DNA from: Shigella phage vB_SsoM_113
Strand: one strand, 5' to 3'
DNA length: 64,000 bases
Sequence record: LR746311
In this document: positions 45,539 to 56,051 of the stretch, piece by piece
How positions within the stretch are numbered: the stretch's first letter is position 1
Layout: every line of letters begins with the position of its first letter
Notes under the pieces: generated by a model
Told to the model about the DNA's origin: nothing
Seen by the model: only the letters and a program-made list of their open reading frames with translations
Databases searched by the model: none
Program-made: the position numbers and the translations under genes

Positions 45539-47325
45539 CGGTATACAGTAATAGACGGTTGAATATTACTAATATTAGTAGGAGGAGTATGTGAAGAGTT
45601 TGTTGTTGCATAGTCTTCACGATATTTTGTATATATAGGACCAGTTTCATCTGGGTCATATTGACAACCTCCAATAATAACTGATCCATTTTCATCTTCA
45701 ATTAAAACTCTTTCATCAGTTTTAGTCGCAGGAAGATTTGCGTTTTCAAGCGTTACTGACGTTGTTCCAACTGTTCCACCGGCAGTGTGTGAAGGATTTC
45801 CACTAGAATCTAAATCATTATTGTTTAAAGCAAAGTTTGGATCCGTAACATCATCATTCCATCCTACTAAAACTTGTCCTTTACCAAATAATTTCCACGA
45901 ACCAAACCCCATATAAGTCACCGGATTATTTGGGTTTATAGCATTTTCATAAATTGAACCTACAGGATAAATGCTATCGAAAATAGATGATATTGAATTA
46001 TACGTTCTAGTATAAGAATCAACTTTTTCAACATTTGGCCAACCAATTTTATCAAAATCTGTTAAGGCTACATCGCCAGTAACTTCGGTAGACGATCCTT
46101 TGCTAACATAACGGTCATCAGTCAATTCAATGATGTCATCTTTTTCTAAAAGAGTTCCTAAATCATTATTGAACCACGTTATAACGATTATATCGCCTGA
46201 TTCAAATTTTCTATCAAATAAAAGACTGGTAGGTTTTCCATCTTCATATTCTATAGAATAATCTGTGTTTGATTCTTTCCATTCGCCACCAAGAGATATA
46301 CATCCTTCTTGCGTATCTGAATTAGCGCCTTCGCACAAAAACAGAGGATACCCAGCTGTTCCAGCCTGTTGCTGTAAAATTCCATTAAAACGAACCTCGA
46401 GAGAATTAGGATTAATGGGTTCGCCAGGAATTAATCCAAACGCAGAGAATGGAATTGATTTCATCGCCGATAAATCAGTAACATAAATGCTTCCTTCTAA
46501 AGAAGTCTTTGATGTTAGTTTTGAATCTAGTACTTTTATTTGGCGTCTTGTATATGAACTTCTCCATTGTGATACACCATCCATAAACGTTTCAATTTGA
46601 ACAGTGTCGCCAATATTACAAGGCTGTCTTAACCTAATATTAAATCCATCAAGAGGAATTAATTCTCCTTCATTTTCCCCCGGAGAGCCAAAGTCACTGT
46701 TTTCACTAAATACATCGCCGTAATATAATTCGTTACCGCGGTGTTTTACTCTGATGTTATTGACATTATAACTAGTTCCATGGAAAACATCTAAAAAGTC
46801 AGTTTGTCCTTGAACTTCTACTAAAAATTCTTTGCGAGCTACATTACTAATATCTGAACTAACAATTTTATCAATTTGTTTGTTTTTGACATACTCCCAA
46901 CGTCCTGGAGCGCAATAAACAAGCTCTAAATCACTAAATTGAATATTAATTTCAACTGACGATGACGACCCTTTAATTGTATCTCCAGAAGCAGCTACTA
47001 AAGTAACTGGATTAATGTTCCATGTTGCAAATACATCCCTAGCTCTAATTACTTTATTATAATCATTAACAGTTCCTTTAGGAAGTTGTAAAGTTACTCT
47101 TCCAGAAGAGGTATTAATAGCGTATGATTTTCCCCACTTAGCTTTTAGTGTTTGACCAGATGAAGCATTATAAGTTTTCCAGGCACCGGCTGAATATGGA
47201 ACATCTCCATCACCGAGTTCATAATAAAGTTCATCAAAGTTTTCATTTATTTTTATACCACCTTTACGCAGGTAGTCACCGGTACCATCATCAACAACAT
47301 TACCGATATTAATATTTTGTTTCAT
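45520..47325 (-). CDS. 10: baseplate wedge protein gp10
   Basis: 601 aa (T4: 602). Confidence 0.9.
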   Translation of the reverse strand: MKQNINIGNVVDDGTGDYLRKGGIKINENFDELYYELGDGDVPYSAGAWKTYNASSGQTLKAKWGKSYAINTSSGRVTLQLPKGTVNDYNKVIRARDVFATWNINPVTLVAASGDTIKGSSSSVEINIQFSDLELVYCAPGRWEYVKNKQIDKIVSSDISNVARKEFLVEVQGQTDFLDVFHGTSYNVNNIRVKHRGNELYYGDVFSENSDFGSPGENEGELIPLDGFNIRLRQPCNIGDTVQIETFMDGVSQWRSSYTRRQIKVLDSKLTSKTSLEGSIYVTDLSAMKSIPFSAFGLIPGEPINPNSLEVRFNGILQQQAGTAGYPLFLCEGANSDTQEGCISLGGEWKESNTDYSIEYEDGKPTSLLFDRKFESGDIIVITWFNNDLGTLLEKDDIIELTDDRYVSKGSSTEVTGDVALTDFDKIGWPNVEKVDSYTRTYNSISSIFDSIYPVGSIYENAINPNNPVTYMGFGSWKLFGKGQVLVGWNDDVTDPNFALNNNDLDSSGNPSHTAGGTVGTTSVTLENANLPATKTDERVLIEDENGSVIIGGCQYDPDETGPIYTKYREDYATTNSSHTPPTNISNIQPSITVYRWIRIA

Positions 47326-48191
47326 TATTGAGCCACCCCGATTTTCTGCGTAGCGATAACTTTAACTGCTGCTCTCATACCGACAGTTGAAGAACTTATA
47401 GTCGCTGTTACATAATTTGTTTTAATACTAAATGCAATATTAGCGATTTCGTCTTCTTCAGTTTCATTCCCAACTCGCATGACAGCATATTCAGAAGAAA
47501 TGACCTCTGAATTAACAGTATCTACAAGAATATTTATTTCTGCTGTTTTAATTTTTCTTCCATCTACTGATTGGCATGTAACTAACAATTTAGCCATATT
47601 ATATTCAGTACGATGAAATAGCGGAATGTCAACTGATCCAGACGTAGAAATATTCCATGTACCTTCGGCCGGTGATTCCTTTTGGCCAAACATACTTTCA
47701 ATAGAATAATTCCAAACAGACGTAGAATTATCAGATGAAATACATCGTAAAGTAACTTTACTATATGGGCTAGTTACTACCAAATTACCCGAAACACCTT
47801 TGATTGAATCAATAGCCTGAATTGTTAAAGGATTAGTAACTGATATTGACCCATTTGAGTTAATAAATTCAACACAGTCGCCAAGTTCGCCTTTTTCAAT
47901 GATAACTTTAACACCTACAGTAGAGGTATCAATATCATGTCTAGTGCCAACTTTTACTGGAGTTGCATACTCTGCTATAGAGTGCTTTTGATAATATCCA
48001 GTAGCATGGATAATTTGGCCATTTGCTCCAGTGCCATTTGCTACTGCCATTTTGCGCTGATCGCCAAACGCATTATAAATTGCGTTAAAATCACTATTAA
48101 TTTTATTACCACCGTCGAATAAGATATCACCAGTAGAAGCGTTACCAATTTCGCCGGTATCAATCAATTTCTTTGGTTCTTGAATGAACAT
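47325..48191 (-). CDS. 9: baseplate wedge protein gp9 (long tail fibre socket)
   Basis: 288 aa as in T4. Confidence 0.9.
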   Translation of the reverse strand: MFIQEPKKLIDTGEIGNASTGDILFDGGNKINSDFNAIYNAFGDQRKMAVANGTGANGQIIHATGYYQKHSIAEYATPVKVGTRHDIDTSTVGVKVIIEKGELGDCVEFINSNGSISVTNPLTIQAIDSIKGVSGNLVVTSPYSKVTLRCISSDNSTSVWNYSIESMFGQKESPAEGTWNISTSGSVDIPLFHRTEYNMAKLLVTCQSVDGRKIKTAEINILVDTVNSEVISSEYAVMRVGNETEEDEIANIAFSIKTNYVTATISSSTVGMRAAVKVIATQKIGVAQ

Positions 48192-48215
48192 AGCGGTTTC
48201 CTTATGAGTTTATAG

Positions 48216-48223
48216 TATTTATA
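48216..48223 (-). promoter_or_regulatory. late promoter for gene 9
   Basis: + strand TATTTATA about 25 nt upstream of the gene 9 start. Confidence 0.45.
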
Positions 48224-48230
48224 AAGAAAA

Positions 48231-48253
48231 AAGGGAGCCTATGGGCTCCCTTA
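48231..48253 (-). terminator. rho-independent terminator after gene 8
   Basis: On the - strand: AAGGGAGCCCATAGGCTCCCTT followed by TTTTTTCTTTAT. Confidence 0.65.
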
Positions 48254-48255
48254 AT

Positions 48256-49260
48256 TTAAAATGTAAACAGAATATTGATTTCTTCTGTTTGATCCATTGC
48301 CATGATAATAGGTGGCCTATTTTCCATATAAATCATTTCGCCCGAATGCCTCATTAAATCTTCCGGATCATAATAATCCTTTTCAGCTTTAACGTTTGGG
48401 TCATTTGGATGAACTTTAGCTTCAAGAGGATTGGTGATTATTGATATTTGTCTAAATCCTTTATTTCCCGGTAATGCAGCATCAGGAAAGTAAACTGAAT
48501 CTAAATATGCTTTAAAACGTATAGTGTTTGCCTTAACGCGATAAATTAATCCAAAATCATCTTGTTGCCAAGTGAGATTATCTTCATACCCCCATCTAGT
48601 TGGGTCTTCTTTTAATTCCTCAGGCCAAGGAACTACGATATATTCATTTGTGCATCTATTTATAGATACATCAGGCGGAATCTCAAAAAGATATTCCCAA
48701 ACATATCCGTCTCCAGGTTCGATTGTTCCTTCCGCGTCTCCTCGACCTTCAGGAGGAGTCATTGACCTAACAGAAGGAGTCCATTTTCCACCTAACTTAA
48801 TACATTCATCCTTGTCAGTCAAAGATGTTATTGAGCATGTTCCTGTGTCAGGAACATCTAAACAACGATATACTAGCCAGCCTGCGCCTGATTCAGTAGC
48901 ATTGTAAGGAGCTGAGTTACACACTACAATATCGTTAATTCTAAATGTGTATGGATCCGGATATCTAGTATCTCCCCAATCTCTACGAGGAATAACCGCA
49001 TCAAGCATAGATGGAAGAACCTTTACGGTTCCCATCATATGAGTCCACATGTCAGTTACACCCAATACAGAATCAGTTGGATAAGGTGGAGCAAAGCCCA
49101 CCTCATTTTCATTTGATGACCACGGTTCTGATCTTCCAAATGTGATAAAGATAGTGTTTTTATCCGGACCACTCCCAATTGAATTATAAAAATTCAACAT
49201 TTTTTCTGTTCTAAATTTTGAAGTAACTATCGCACGATAGATAACACTTGAATCATTCAT
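48256..49260 (-). CDS. 8: baseplate wedge protein gp8
   Basis: 334 aa as in T4. Confidence 0.9.
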   Translation of the reverse strand: MNDSSVIYRAIVTSKFRTEKMLNFYNSIGSGPDKNTIFITFGRSEPWSSNENEVGFAPPYPTDSVLGVTDMWTHMMGTVKVLPSMLDAVIPRRDWGDTRYPDPYTFRINDIVVCNSAPYNATESGAGWLVYRCLDVPDTGTCSITSLTDKDECIKLGGKWTPSVRSMTPPEGRGDAEGTIEPGDGYVWEYLFEIPPDVSINRCTNEYIVVPWPEELKEDPTRWGYEDNLTWQQDDFGLIYRVKANTIRFKAYLDSVYFPDAALPGNKGFRQISIITNPLEAKVHPNDPNVKAEKDYYDPEDLMRHSGEMIYMENRPPIIMAMDQTEEINILFTF

Positions 49261-52200
49261 CTATTTTAACCTGTGTTGGATTTTCAGGGTCTCTTGGATT
49301 TCCTATATTATCTTTTAGACGTTTATTAACTAAATCCCTAAACTGTGCAAATGTTGTTCCAGATGCGTCAAATAGAGGACTCATTAACTTGCGTCGTTCA
49401 GAAGGCAATTGACCTTGAAATATTGAATTATTATTTTCAGCATTATAGTCATCAGGAAGAGGATATTTTACACCAGCCATTGGGCCAGGTTCATAAATTG
49501 CTTCTCCTGTTACTGAATCATGTTCAATTTCGCCAGTTGGAGTTAATTTAGCTACTCTATCAGCATATTCAGTAGGCAATCCAGAATCCCATTTGTAGTT
49601 TTTGTATTTATTAATTATAGTCTCTGTGTGTTTAAGAGTTAAACCAACATTAATAAACATCGTTAAAAGGGTAATTGCTATAAATCCAAATCCTACTGGA
49701 TGAACAAAACGAATAACGTCAGATTTCCAGCGAGAAGAAGGTAAATTGGATTTAATTTTCATTACATAATATGATCGGCTTCTATTAATATAGTCTATAT
49801 TATTTTGAAGCAAATCCTTTCCTTTAACACCACGAATAATTTCGCCTTCAAAACTCGGAAGTCTTTCTGCTTTAACTTCTTGACCAGCAATTAATCTTCC
49901 CAAAAGATTATGAATAGTTACGGTCCATTGCAATTTACCATCAGAATAACTTCTTTCTATATAAGTAACATTACATCTTCCTGTAGCTGTATAAATCGTT
50001 TGTCCTACCAAATCTTCAGTTAAAGAATCAGATTGAACGATTATATCGTATTCAGTACCAGCACCAGATTCAATTTCAATTTCAACTTCTTCATTATAAA
50101 GAACTTTAAAAAGAAATTTATATGATGCTTCAATTCCTTTAGTAGAATAAAAATCATAGCTACGTGATTCAAAAAATCTTGCAACAGCATCACGTTTGTC
50201 AGCATTTAAATAAATGTTTCTTTTATATATCTCTGACCACAAATATTCCCATGCATGCTCTTCTCGTGGATATTTGTTACGAATTAAATTTCGTAAATTG
50301 TTATACTGAGTTCCATATCCATCAGAAAGATATTGAATATATGCTTCGCAAAATGCCTCAAAATTCGAATCTTGCAGTAAATAAGAATCAGGCATCATTG
50401 TGCCAATCAATGGTCTTAAATCAGGGTCAGCTAATCCATGCTCTTCTTCTGGTGACCAAGGAGTTTCATGCTCTTGGTTTTGTAAAAATGCTTTTAAAAA
50501 TATTCCAGTTGGCTTCCAAATTATTTCAACCGTGTCTCTCACTCGATAGTTAAAATCATAATAAGAAATTATTTCACCAGAGGATTTATAAAAAAGCATC
50601 CCAGACGCATATTTTTTAAATCCCGTGAATTTAACGTTTGGCATTACTATAGTGCAATCGCCGTCATCCCAGTATTCATGAACTAATCTATCTGGCGATG
50701 TTTCTGGAAAATTTTCAATAACTTTAGTATATTTTAAATCTGCATAAACTACCACAGCCCTATTAGAGTTGTTTATCCAGCACCGTGTATTAGACTTTTT
50801 AGACCAGTTAAAGAATGGTTCTGCATAGTATTTCATCGGCTGAGGCGTAAAAGTTTCCCAATCAGACTTTTCATCTGCTATAAATGCCATCATATGATAA
50901 TGCTTATCAGCTAACCATTCACGAGGAAATTCATATTTAACGGCACCGATTAACTGATATTTTGCTACAGTTTCAGGGTCATTAACAATATTATCACTTA
51001 AAAATTTAAAATTACTCGAAGATAGAGAAACTAATTTACCATCAGTTGACATATTCGCATACCCAGGTTGAATACGTCTTCTTTCTTCTTCAGTGTTGCC
51101 AAAAACTCTTTTCCACGTTTTTGTGTCATGATTTAAAACATATATTCCTTTATCAGCAGAATCAATTATTTTTGACGTTCTAGGATTAGCATTTAATGTT
51201 TCAACTTCACCGATAATAAGAGCAAAAACTTTATCACCAATAGAATCCATTTTATAGCATACTGCTTTAGGATTTCCAGTTATAGTCATTGTATCAGGTT
51301 CAAATAGCCTTTCTGAATATGTTGGAGATAATGGATCAGAATCTATAGGTGCATTGCTCGTTTTTATGTATCTAACTTTGTCTCTGGCGACAACGTAAAT
51401 GTAATCATCGGTGCAAGTAATAGCTTCAGCTATACGATACACATTTGCAGGTAATGTAGCATAAGTACCAAAGATTTCAACATCAAATCCCAAATGAAGT
51501 TGATCACCAAGTTTAGCGAATGTTATGTCCTGCGAACTAAATCTGACATCATCAGCTGACCATCTAACATCAGTAGATTTGCGGCCATAGAAAATCTTGT
51601 CGTATCCTAGAACATATGTTGTGCTCGCAGATTGGTAATATACAGTCTTAGATAAAGGATATCCTACACGATCATTGAAGAGCTTTACAGCTTTCCAGGT
51701 TTGACCTTTATCATTGGATACTTTAACTACAGGTTGATAACGCTCAAAAAGATATAGAATCCCTTCTGATTCCATCAAATAAACTCGATTAATATCCTTA
51801 CATACTTGCTGAATAGAACCTTGTATTTCATGATACTCATTTTCACCAATAATAAAATTACTTATTGATGAAACATCAGCATATGATGGGCTGAATTGGA
51901 ATGATTCATTCATCAATGCAGCCATTATAGTGTCATTATTAAAATTAACATAGTCAGAATTATTAAGAGTAAATTTTTCCTGAATGAATTTATTAGCTAA
52001 TTGCATTTCAATCATGTTTTGAAATGTATAAGCGTTTGTAGCAAAAGTTTCAAACTCTTCGGTATAAATCCAATCAGACTGCTCAAAATCCTGTGCAGCT
52101 GTAGCTACTCTAATAATGTACGATGTCAATGGATTAGCATTATCAAAAAAGAAGCTGTTATTTGCAGTATATCCTAAGTTAATCCATTGGTATTGATTGC

Positions 52201-52351
52201 TCGGGAGATTTCCCCCCGAGTTTGTTTTTGTCTCAGCGATTTCTACAAAATAGTAGAAATTAGCACCAACGTCATCCCAGCGTACTTGCACCTGATTTGC
52301 GGATAACTTGGAAATTCTGAGACTAGTGACTGAAGGTGCTTTTACTGTCAT
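49253..52351 (-). CDS. 7: baseplate wedge protein gp7
   Basis: 1032 aa as in T4. Confidence 0.93.
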   Translation of the reverse strand: MTVKAPSVTSLRISKLSANQVQVRWDDVGANFYYFVEIAETKTNSGGNLPSNQYQWINLGYTANNSFFFDNANPLTSYIIRVATAAQDFEQSDWIYTEEFETFATNAYTFQNMIEMQLANKFIQEKFTLNNSDYVNFNNDTIMAALMNESFQFSPSYADVSSISNFIIGENEYHEIQGSIQQVCKDINRVYLMESEGILYLFERYQPVVKVSNDKGQTWKAVKLFNDRVGYPLSKTVYYQSASTTYVLGYDKIFYGRKSTDVRWSADDVRFSSQDITFAKLGDQLHLGFDVEIFGTYATLPANVYRIAEAITCTDDYIYVVARDKVRYIKTSNAPIDSDPLSPTYSERLFEPDTMTITGNPKAVCYKMDSIGDKVFALIIGEVETLNANPRTSKIIDSADKGIYVLNHDTKTWKRVFGNTEEERRRIQPGYANMSTDGKLVSLSSSNFKFLSDNIVNDPETVAKYQLIGAVKYEFPREWLADKHYHMMAFIADEKSDWETFTPQPMKYYAEPFFNWSKKSNTRCWINNSNRAVVVYADLKYTKVIENFPETSPDRLVHEYWDDGDCTIVMPNVKFTGFKKYASGMLFYKSSGEIISYYDFNYRVRDTVEIIWKPTGIFLKAFLQNQEHETPWSPEEEHGLADPDLRPLIGTMMPDSYLLQDSNFEAFCEAYIQYLSDGYGTQYNNLRNLIRNKYPREEHAWEYLWSEIYKRNIYLNADKRDAVARFFESRSYDFYSTKGIEASYKFLFKVLYNEEVEIEIESGAGTEYDIIVQSDSLTEDLVGQTIYTATGRCNVTYIERSYSDGKLQWTVTIHNLLGRLIAGQEVKAERLPSFEGEIIRGVKGKDLLQNNIDYINRSRSYYVMKIKSNLPSSRWKSDVIRFVHPVGFGFIAITLLTMFINVGLTLKHTETIINKYKNYKWDSGLPTEYADRVAKLTPTGEIEHDSVTGEAIYEPGPMAGVKYPLPDDYNAENNNSIFQGQLPSERRKLMSPLFDASGTTFAQFRDLVNKRLKDNIGNPRDPENPTQVKIDE

Positions 52352-54330
52352 TGTGATATAGGCTCCAAATCGATAGTTAAGTATTGTGGACGTAAGTCAT
52401 TTTCAAATACAATCAGTGAACCATCGCGAGTAAAGATAACATCATCGGTTGGGTCAGAATATAATTCAATAGTCTGAACTTCAAATTTTTCAGATGTTAA
52501 ATTAATTTTAGCGATATTCCAATAAATCACATCAGCTGGATAATTTATTTCACCGATAACATAGTATTTGTCGCGTCCACTAGAATTTGCTAATTTATTA
52601 AAATCGTTGCCTGTATATGGACGAATGTTTTTATTTTCTGTAACATCGCCAGAAGCAAATGGACCAATAATAACTTTACCAATTCCTTTAGAATTTCGGT
52701 CTGTTGATACTATGCGAACGTCATATAATACATCTTCTTCTAAACCAGTATCAGGATTTACAACCTTTCGTCCAGAATTAAATGAAAACGTATTAGATTC
52801 CATAGAACGATCTTTTATTTGATTATTGTATTTAATACCTGCTTCAGGCGTTTTATAGAAGTTTTGTACTTCACGAACAATTTGAATTGTCGCTGATGAG
52901 CCAATGATAGAATGATCTGCATCATCTACATATGTCAACATCTTAGATTTAGCGAAAGACGAGTTAAAAATTTCTACGTCTTCGGTATAATAACGATCAA
53001 TTTTATCAATTATTTGACCTTCAAGCCACTGTTCAGATTCTTGCAGCTTGTTTAAAGCATATGTGACTTTTAAATTAGTCTTAATAAAAAGGTAATTAGG
53101 AGAAATAATTGATGGGGTAATAGGAGCTAAATTATAGTCTTTGAGATAATTTTTAATATCTTCACGCTGTACAGTAGTTAAATACAGACCTGATTTAGGT
53201 TTAGCAGCAATAAATGCATAACCGGGTTTTGTAGAATCAGTGAACGTCTGAACTGCTTGAATAATAGAACCAAATCTCTCTGAAACGAATGTATCATAAT
53301 CAGTCGCAGTTACGCAGCGTTGTTGGGTTTCGCGTTTAATAGTACCCAATTCGCGAATACGCTCAATATCTTCTGGGTCACCGCCGCCGTCTGCTCCAAC
53401 AAAATCTGGGTCGTCGTTTGGATTTTCATTAATATTGATGACAGTTATATTTGTTAATGTATCTGCATATGAAAATCCGACTGCGCCGTTCGCATCTGCA
53501 CCGTTAGTACTGATGTATTCAATAACAATCGTAGAGTTCTGAGTAGGTTTAAGACCTCCAATATAATTAGCGGTCAATGCTCCTTCTGCCGCATTAACAG
53601 AAATCTCACCTTCACCAAAATAAAACTCGGTATTTCCATCAATAGTTTCACGCATGTAGTAAATTGTTGATGTAGAACCAGCATGAACCATTGACTTTCT
53701 TGTCCAGTTAATCCATTCTGCTCCATCAACGTATAGTTTAACTTGGTTTCTATCTATATTTTTGTCATAAATGATAATAGGTGTTAATTTATCATAAATG
53801 ATTTCAGTTCTTACTATACGTCCCTGGGCTAATTTTAAACGTGGAAAATACTGGTTATTTTTATCGCGAATAGCAATAACATCTTCAGTAGATACAAAGT
53901 TATAAGGATTAACGGAAGTATCTTTTGCATATGCTAAAAAGCGAGTACCACGAGGAATAGTAATATAATTTCTATTCAATGCGTCTGTACAAGTTAGCAT
54001 AATTTCAGTTTGAGCAGCTGATTTTGAAGTAGGTAAATATCCATTATCTTGTGCAGCTTGAACTACTGAACTACGCAAATTAGCAGTACGCATAAAGCTT
54101 TCATACAAGGCAGCATTACCAAACTGCTGAATGTACAATGTATTATAAGCCAAAAGGTCACACAGAACGTTTAATCTTGAGCCTTCAAAATCATAATCCA
54201 AAAATTCATTTTGGCCATTAAGCCATTCAATGAGGTTTTGTTTTATTTCAGCAAATGTACCCCCGACGAATATCTCGGGAATAGCATTTGCTGTTCTTGT
54301 TAATTGATAATTTACAGGGGTCTTTGCCAT
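52348..54330 (-). CDS. 6: baseplate wedge protein gp6
   Basis: 660 aa as in T4. Confidence 0.93.
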   Translation of the reverse strand: MAKTPVNYQLTRTANAIPEIFVGGTFAEIKQNLIEWLNGQNEFLDYDFEGSRLNVLCDLLAYNTLYIQQFGNAALYESFMRTANLRSSVVQAAQDNGYLPTSKSAAQTEIMLTCTDALNRNYITIPRGTRFLAYAKDTSVNPYNFVSTEDVIAIRDKNNQYFPRLKLAQGRIVRTEIIYDKLTPIIIYDKNIDRNQVKLYVDGAEWINWTRKSMVHAGSTSTIYYMRETIDGNTEFYFGEGEISVNAAEGALTANYIGGLKPTQNSTIVIEYISTNGADANGAVGFSYADTLTNITVININENPNDDPDFVGADGGGDPEDIERIRELGTIKRETQQRCVTATDYDTFVSERFGSIIQAVQTFTDSTKPGYAFIAAKPKSGLYLTTVQREDIKNYLKDYNLAPITPSIISPNYLFIKTNLKVTYALNKLQESEQWLEGQIIDKIDRYYTEDVEIFNSSFAKSKMLTYVDDADHSIIGSSATIQIVREVQNFYKTPEAGIKYNNQIKDRSMESNTFSFNSGRKVVNPDTGLEEDVLYDVRIVSTDRNSKGIGKVIIGPFASGDVTENKNIRPYTGNDFNKLANSSGRDKYYVIGEINYPADVIYWNIAKINLTSEKFEVQTIELYSDPTDDVIFTRDGSLIVFENDLRPQYLTIDLEPISQ

Positions 54331-54338
54331 TTTAAATC

Positions 54339-54632
54339 CTATTTAATGAATACTTTAGATGATGCCTGAGCCACAGTATCACCGCATGATATTGGATCAG
54401 CCATTTGAACAGCTTTCTTTCCAGTGACATATACTTTAGAAGTTCTAGGTTGTGTCACTCCGCCATGTGTTTCATATGGCTTTTTAATTTCTGTATGTTC
54501 TGTAATTGGATCACCTGCCACGAGAACAGCAATTCCTCCAGTGAATACTTTACTTTGTGTAGCATTCACAACTGTTGGAGGCCACGCTTCATGACCAGCA
54601 GTAACACACTTATCATAGCTTAATCCTGACAT
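54339..54632 (-). CDS. 5.4: PAAR-repeat spike tip protein gp5.4
   Basis: 97 aa as in T4 gp5.4; Cys/His-containing PAAR-like sequence. Confidence 0.85.
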
Positions 54633-55169
54633 TTATTGCCTCTCATACACGTAGCTTCTCAATTTATTAGCCCAACGACTCCAATTTCCAACTATAGTTT
54701 TTGTGTAATTTTTAACAAGAGTTTTTCTTATTGGAGCTGGAGGATCAGTTGGTTCAGTGGTATCAGAAGATGACCTAGAATTACTACCAGAACCTCCAGA
54801 TTCACTTTGTTCTTGGTAGTCATATATTAATGTTACTTCGTAAGTGAATGTCTTCTGGAGGTTTTGAGGAGCTTTCCATAAATATAATTGAGTATTAGAA
54901 TCAGTTGGAAGGTCTTCCCATGAAGCAGCAGTTTTAAATTCATCATCTAAACGATATTTCAACGCATCATTTCCAAATCCAAACACAGATTCATACGTTC
55001 CATATAAACGATTTTCTTCTACTAAAACCCCAGGAGTTTCTTCGTAACTAGTTATATTTATAGATACTAACGTTTCACCTGTTTCTAATTGAGCGGTAAA
55101 GGTGACGTCGATAGAAGAACCTTCCATGGATTCTCCTAAATCAGCGCTCATTGGAAGTATATTAGCCAA
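54633..55169 (-). CDS. hypothetical protein, gene 5.1 position (178 aa)
   Basis: ORF track; the first codon appears to be a non-ATG start, so the true start is uncertain. Confidence 0.55.
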
Positions 55170-56028
55170 TTGTTGAATTCTCTAATGATGTAAATTTATA
55201 ATCACATTTTTTCAACGCTTTTAAAATTGCGTTATAACTTACATCCGGGAGATCACGTTCAATTGCTTTTTCTCTAAACCATTTGTATTTCTGCGGATGT
55301 GGTTTTCCCAAATCCTCCCAAAGTTTTTTGACTTTTTCTATACTAATCCAAGGTTCAACTGATCTTAGTTTTTTATTTCTAGCGTCTAATCTCGATTTTC
55401 TTATCAAAGGATCATTCCATGATTGTTTAGTTCCTTCTATTTTTCCTGGATGATTGATTAATTTGTTTCTGTATTCATCGGATTTCCATAAAGATTTAAC
55501 AGTATTAGAAATACGAATTTTTAATGTTGGATCATTTTCAAAAGCAGTTTTCATCGCATTACTCATTTTCTTTCGATATTCTGGTGATGCGCATCTTTCT
55601 TTGTTTATTTTAGATATTTTCTCTGAAAATTCTTTAGTTGACGTTGATTTAGCTAATGCCTTCAATTGAGCTTTCCTATATTCAGGATTAGACCACATTC
55701 TCTTCAAATCTTCGGATGAAAAACCATCACCGCCGGATTTTATATTGGTACATAGAATGTCAGATGATTTATATTTCGAAATCCAATACCTTTCTCTTAA
55801 ATTAAGAATTTCATAAGTAGAAACAAATTCAATTATTTCAAAATCTATTTTATAACCAGGTTTATTGCATATCTTTTTAATATAATCACCGGAACCTATA
55901 TACTTGTCATTTTCTAAATCAAAATATCTAGATTCATGTTTACCAATATAAACACGTACTAATCCTTTCGGATTAGTAACGGTTGTTTTATATATGTATC
56001 TAAATTGAACTGTGTTAGATTTTTTCAT
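55162..56028 (-). CDS. GIY-YIG homing endonuclease (seg-like), between gene 5 and the 5.1-position ORF
   Basis: 288 aa; N-terminal FRYIYKTT...VYIGK (GIY, about 12 residues, YIG); C-terminal repeated NUMOD-like segments (NPEYRKAQLK, ASPEYRKKMS, KSDEYRNKLI); GAGGTG RBS. Confidence 0.8.
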   Translation of the reverse strand: MKKSNTVQFRYIYKTTVTNPKGLVRVYIGKHESRYFDLENDKYIGSGDYIKKICNKPGYKIDFEIIEFVSTYEILNLRERYWISKYKSSDILCTNIKSGGDGFSSEDLKRMWSNPEYRKAQLKALAKSTSTKEFSEKISKINKERCASPEYRKKMSNAMKTAFENDPTLKIRISNTVKSLWKSDEYRNKLINHPGKIEGTKQSWNDPLIRKSRLDARNKKLRSVEPWISIEKVKKLWEDLGKPHPQKYKWFREKAIERDLPDVSYNAILKALKKCDYKFTSLENSTIG

Positions 56029-56043
56029 AATTCACCTCTGAAT

Positions 56044-56051
56044 TATTTATA
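56044..56051 (-). promoter_or_regulatory. late promoter motif upstream of the GIY-YIG gene
   Basis: + strand TATTTATA about 15 nt upstream of the endonuclease ATG, overlapping the gene 5 stop. Confidence 0.4.
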
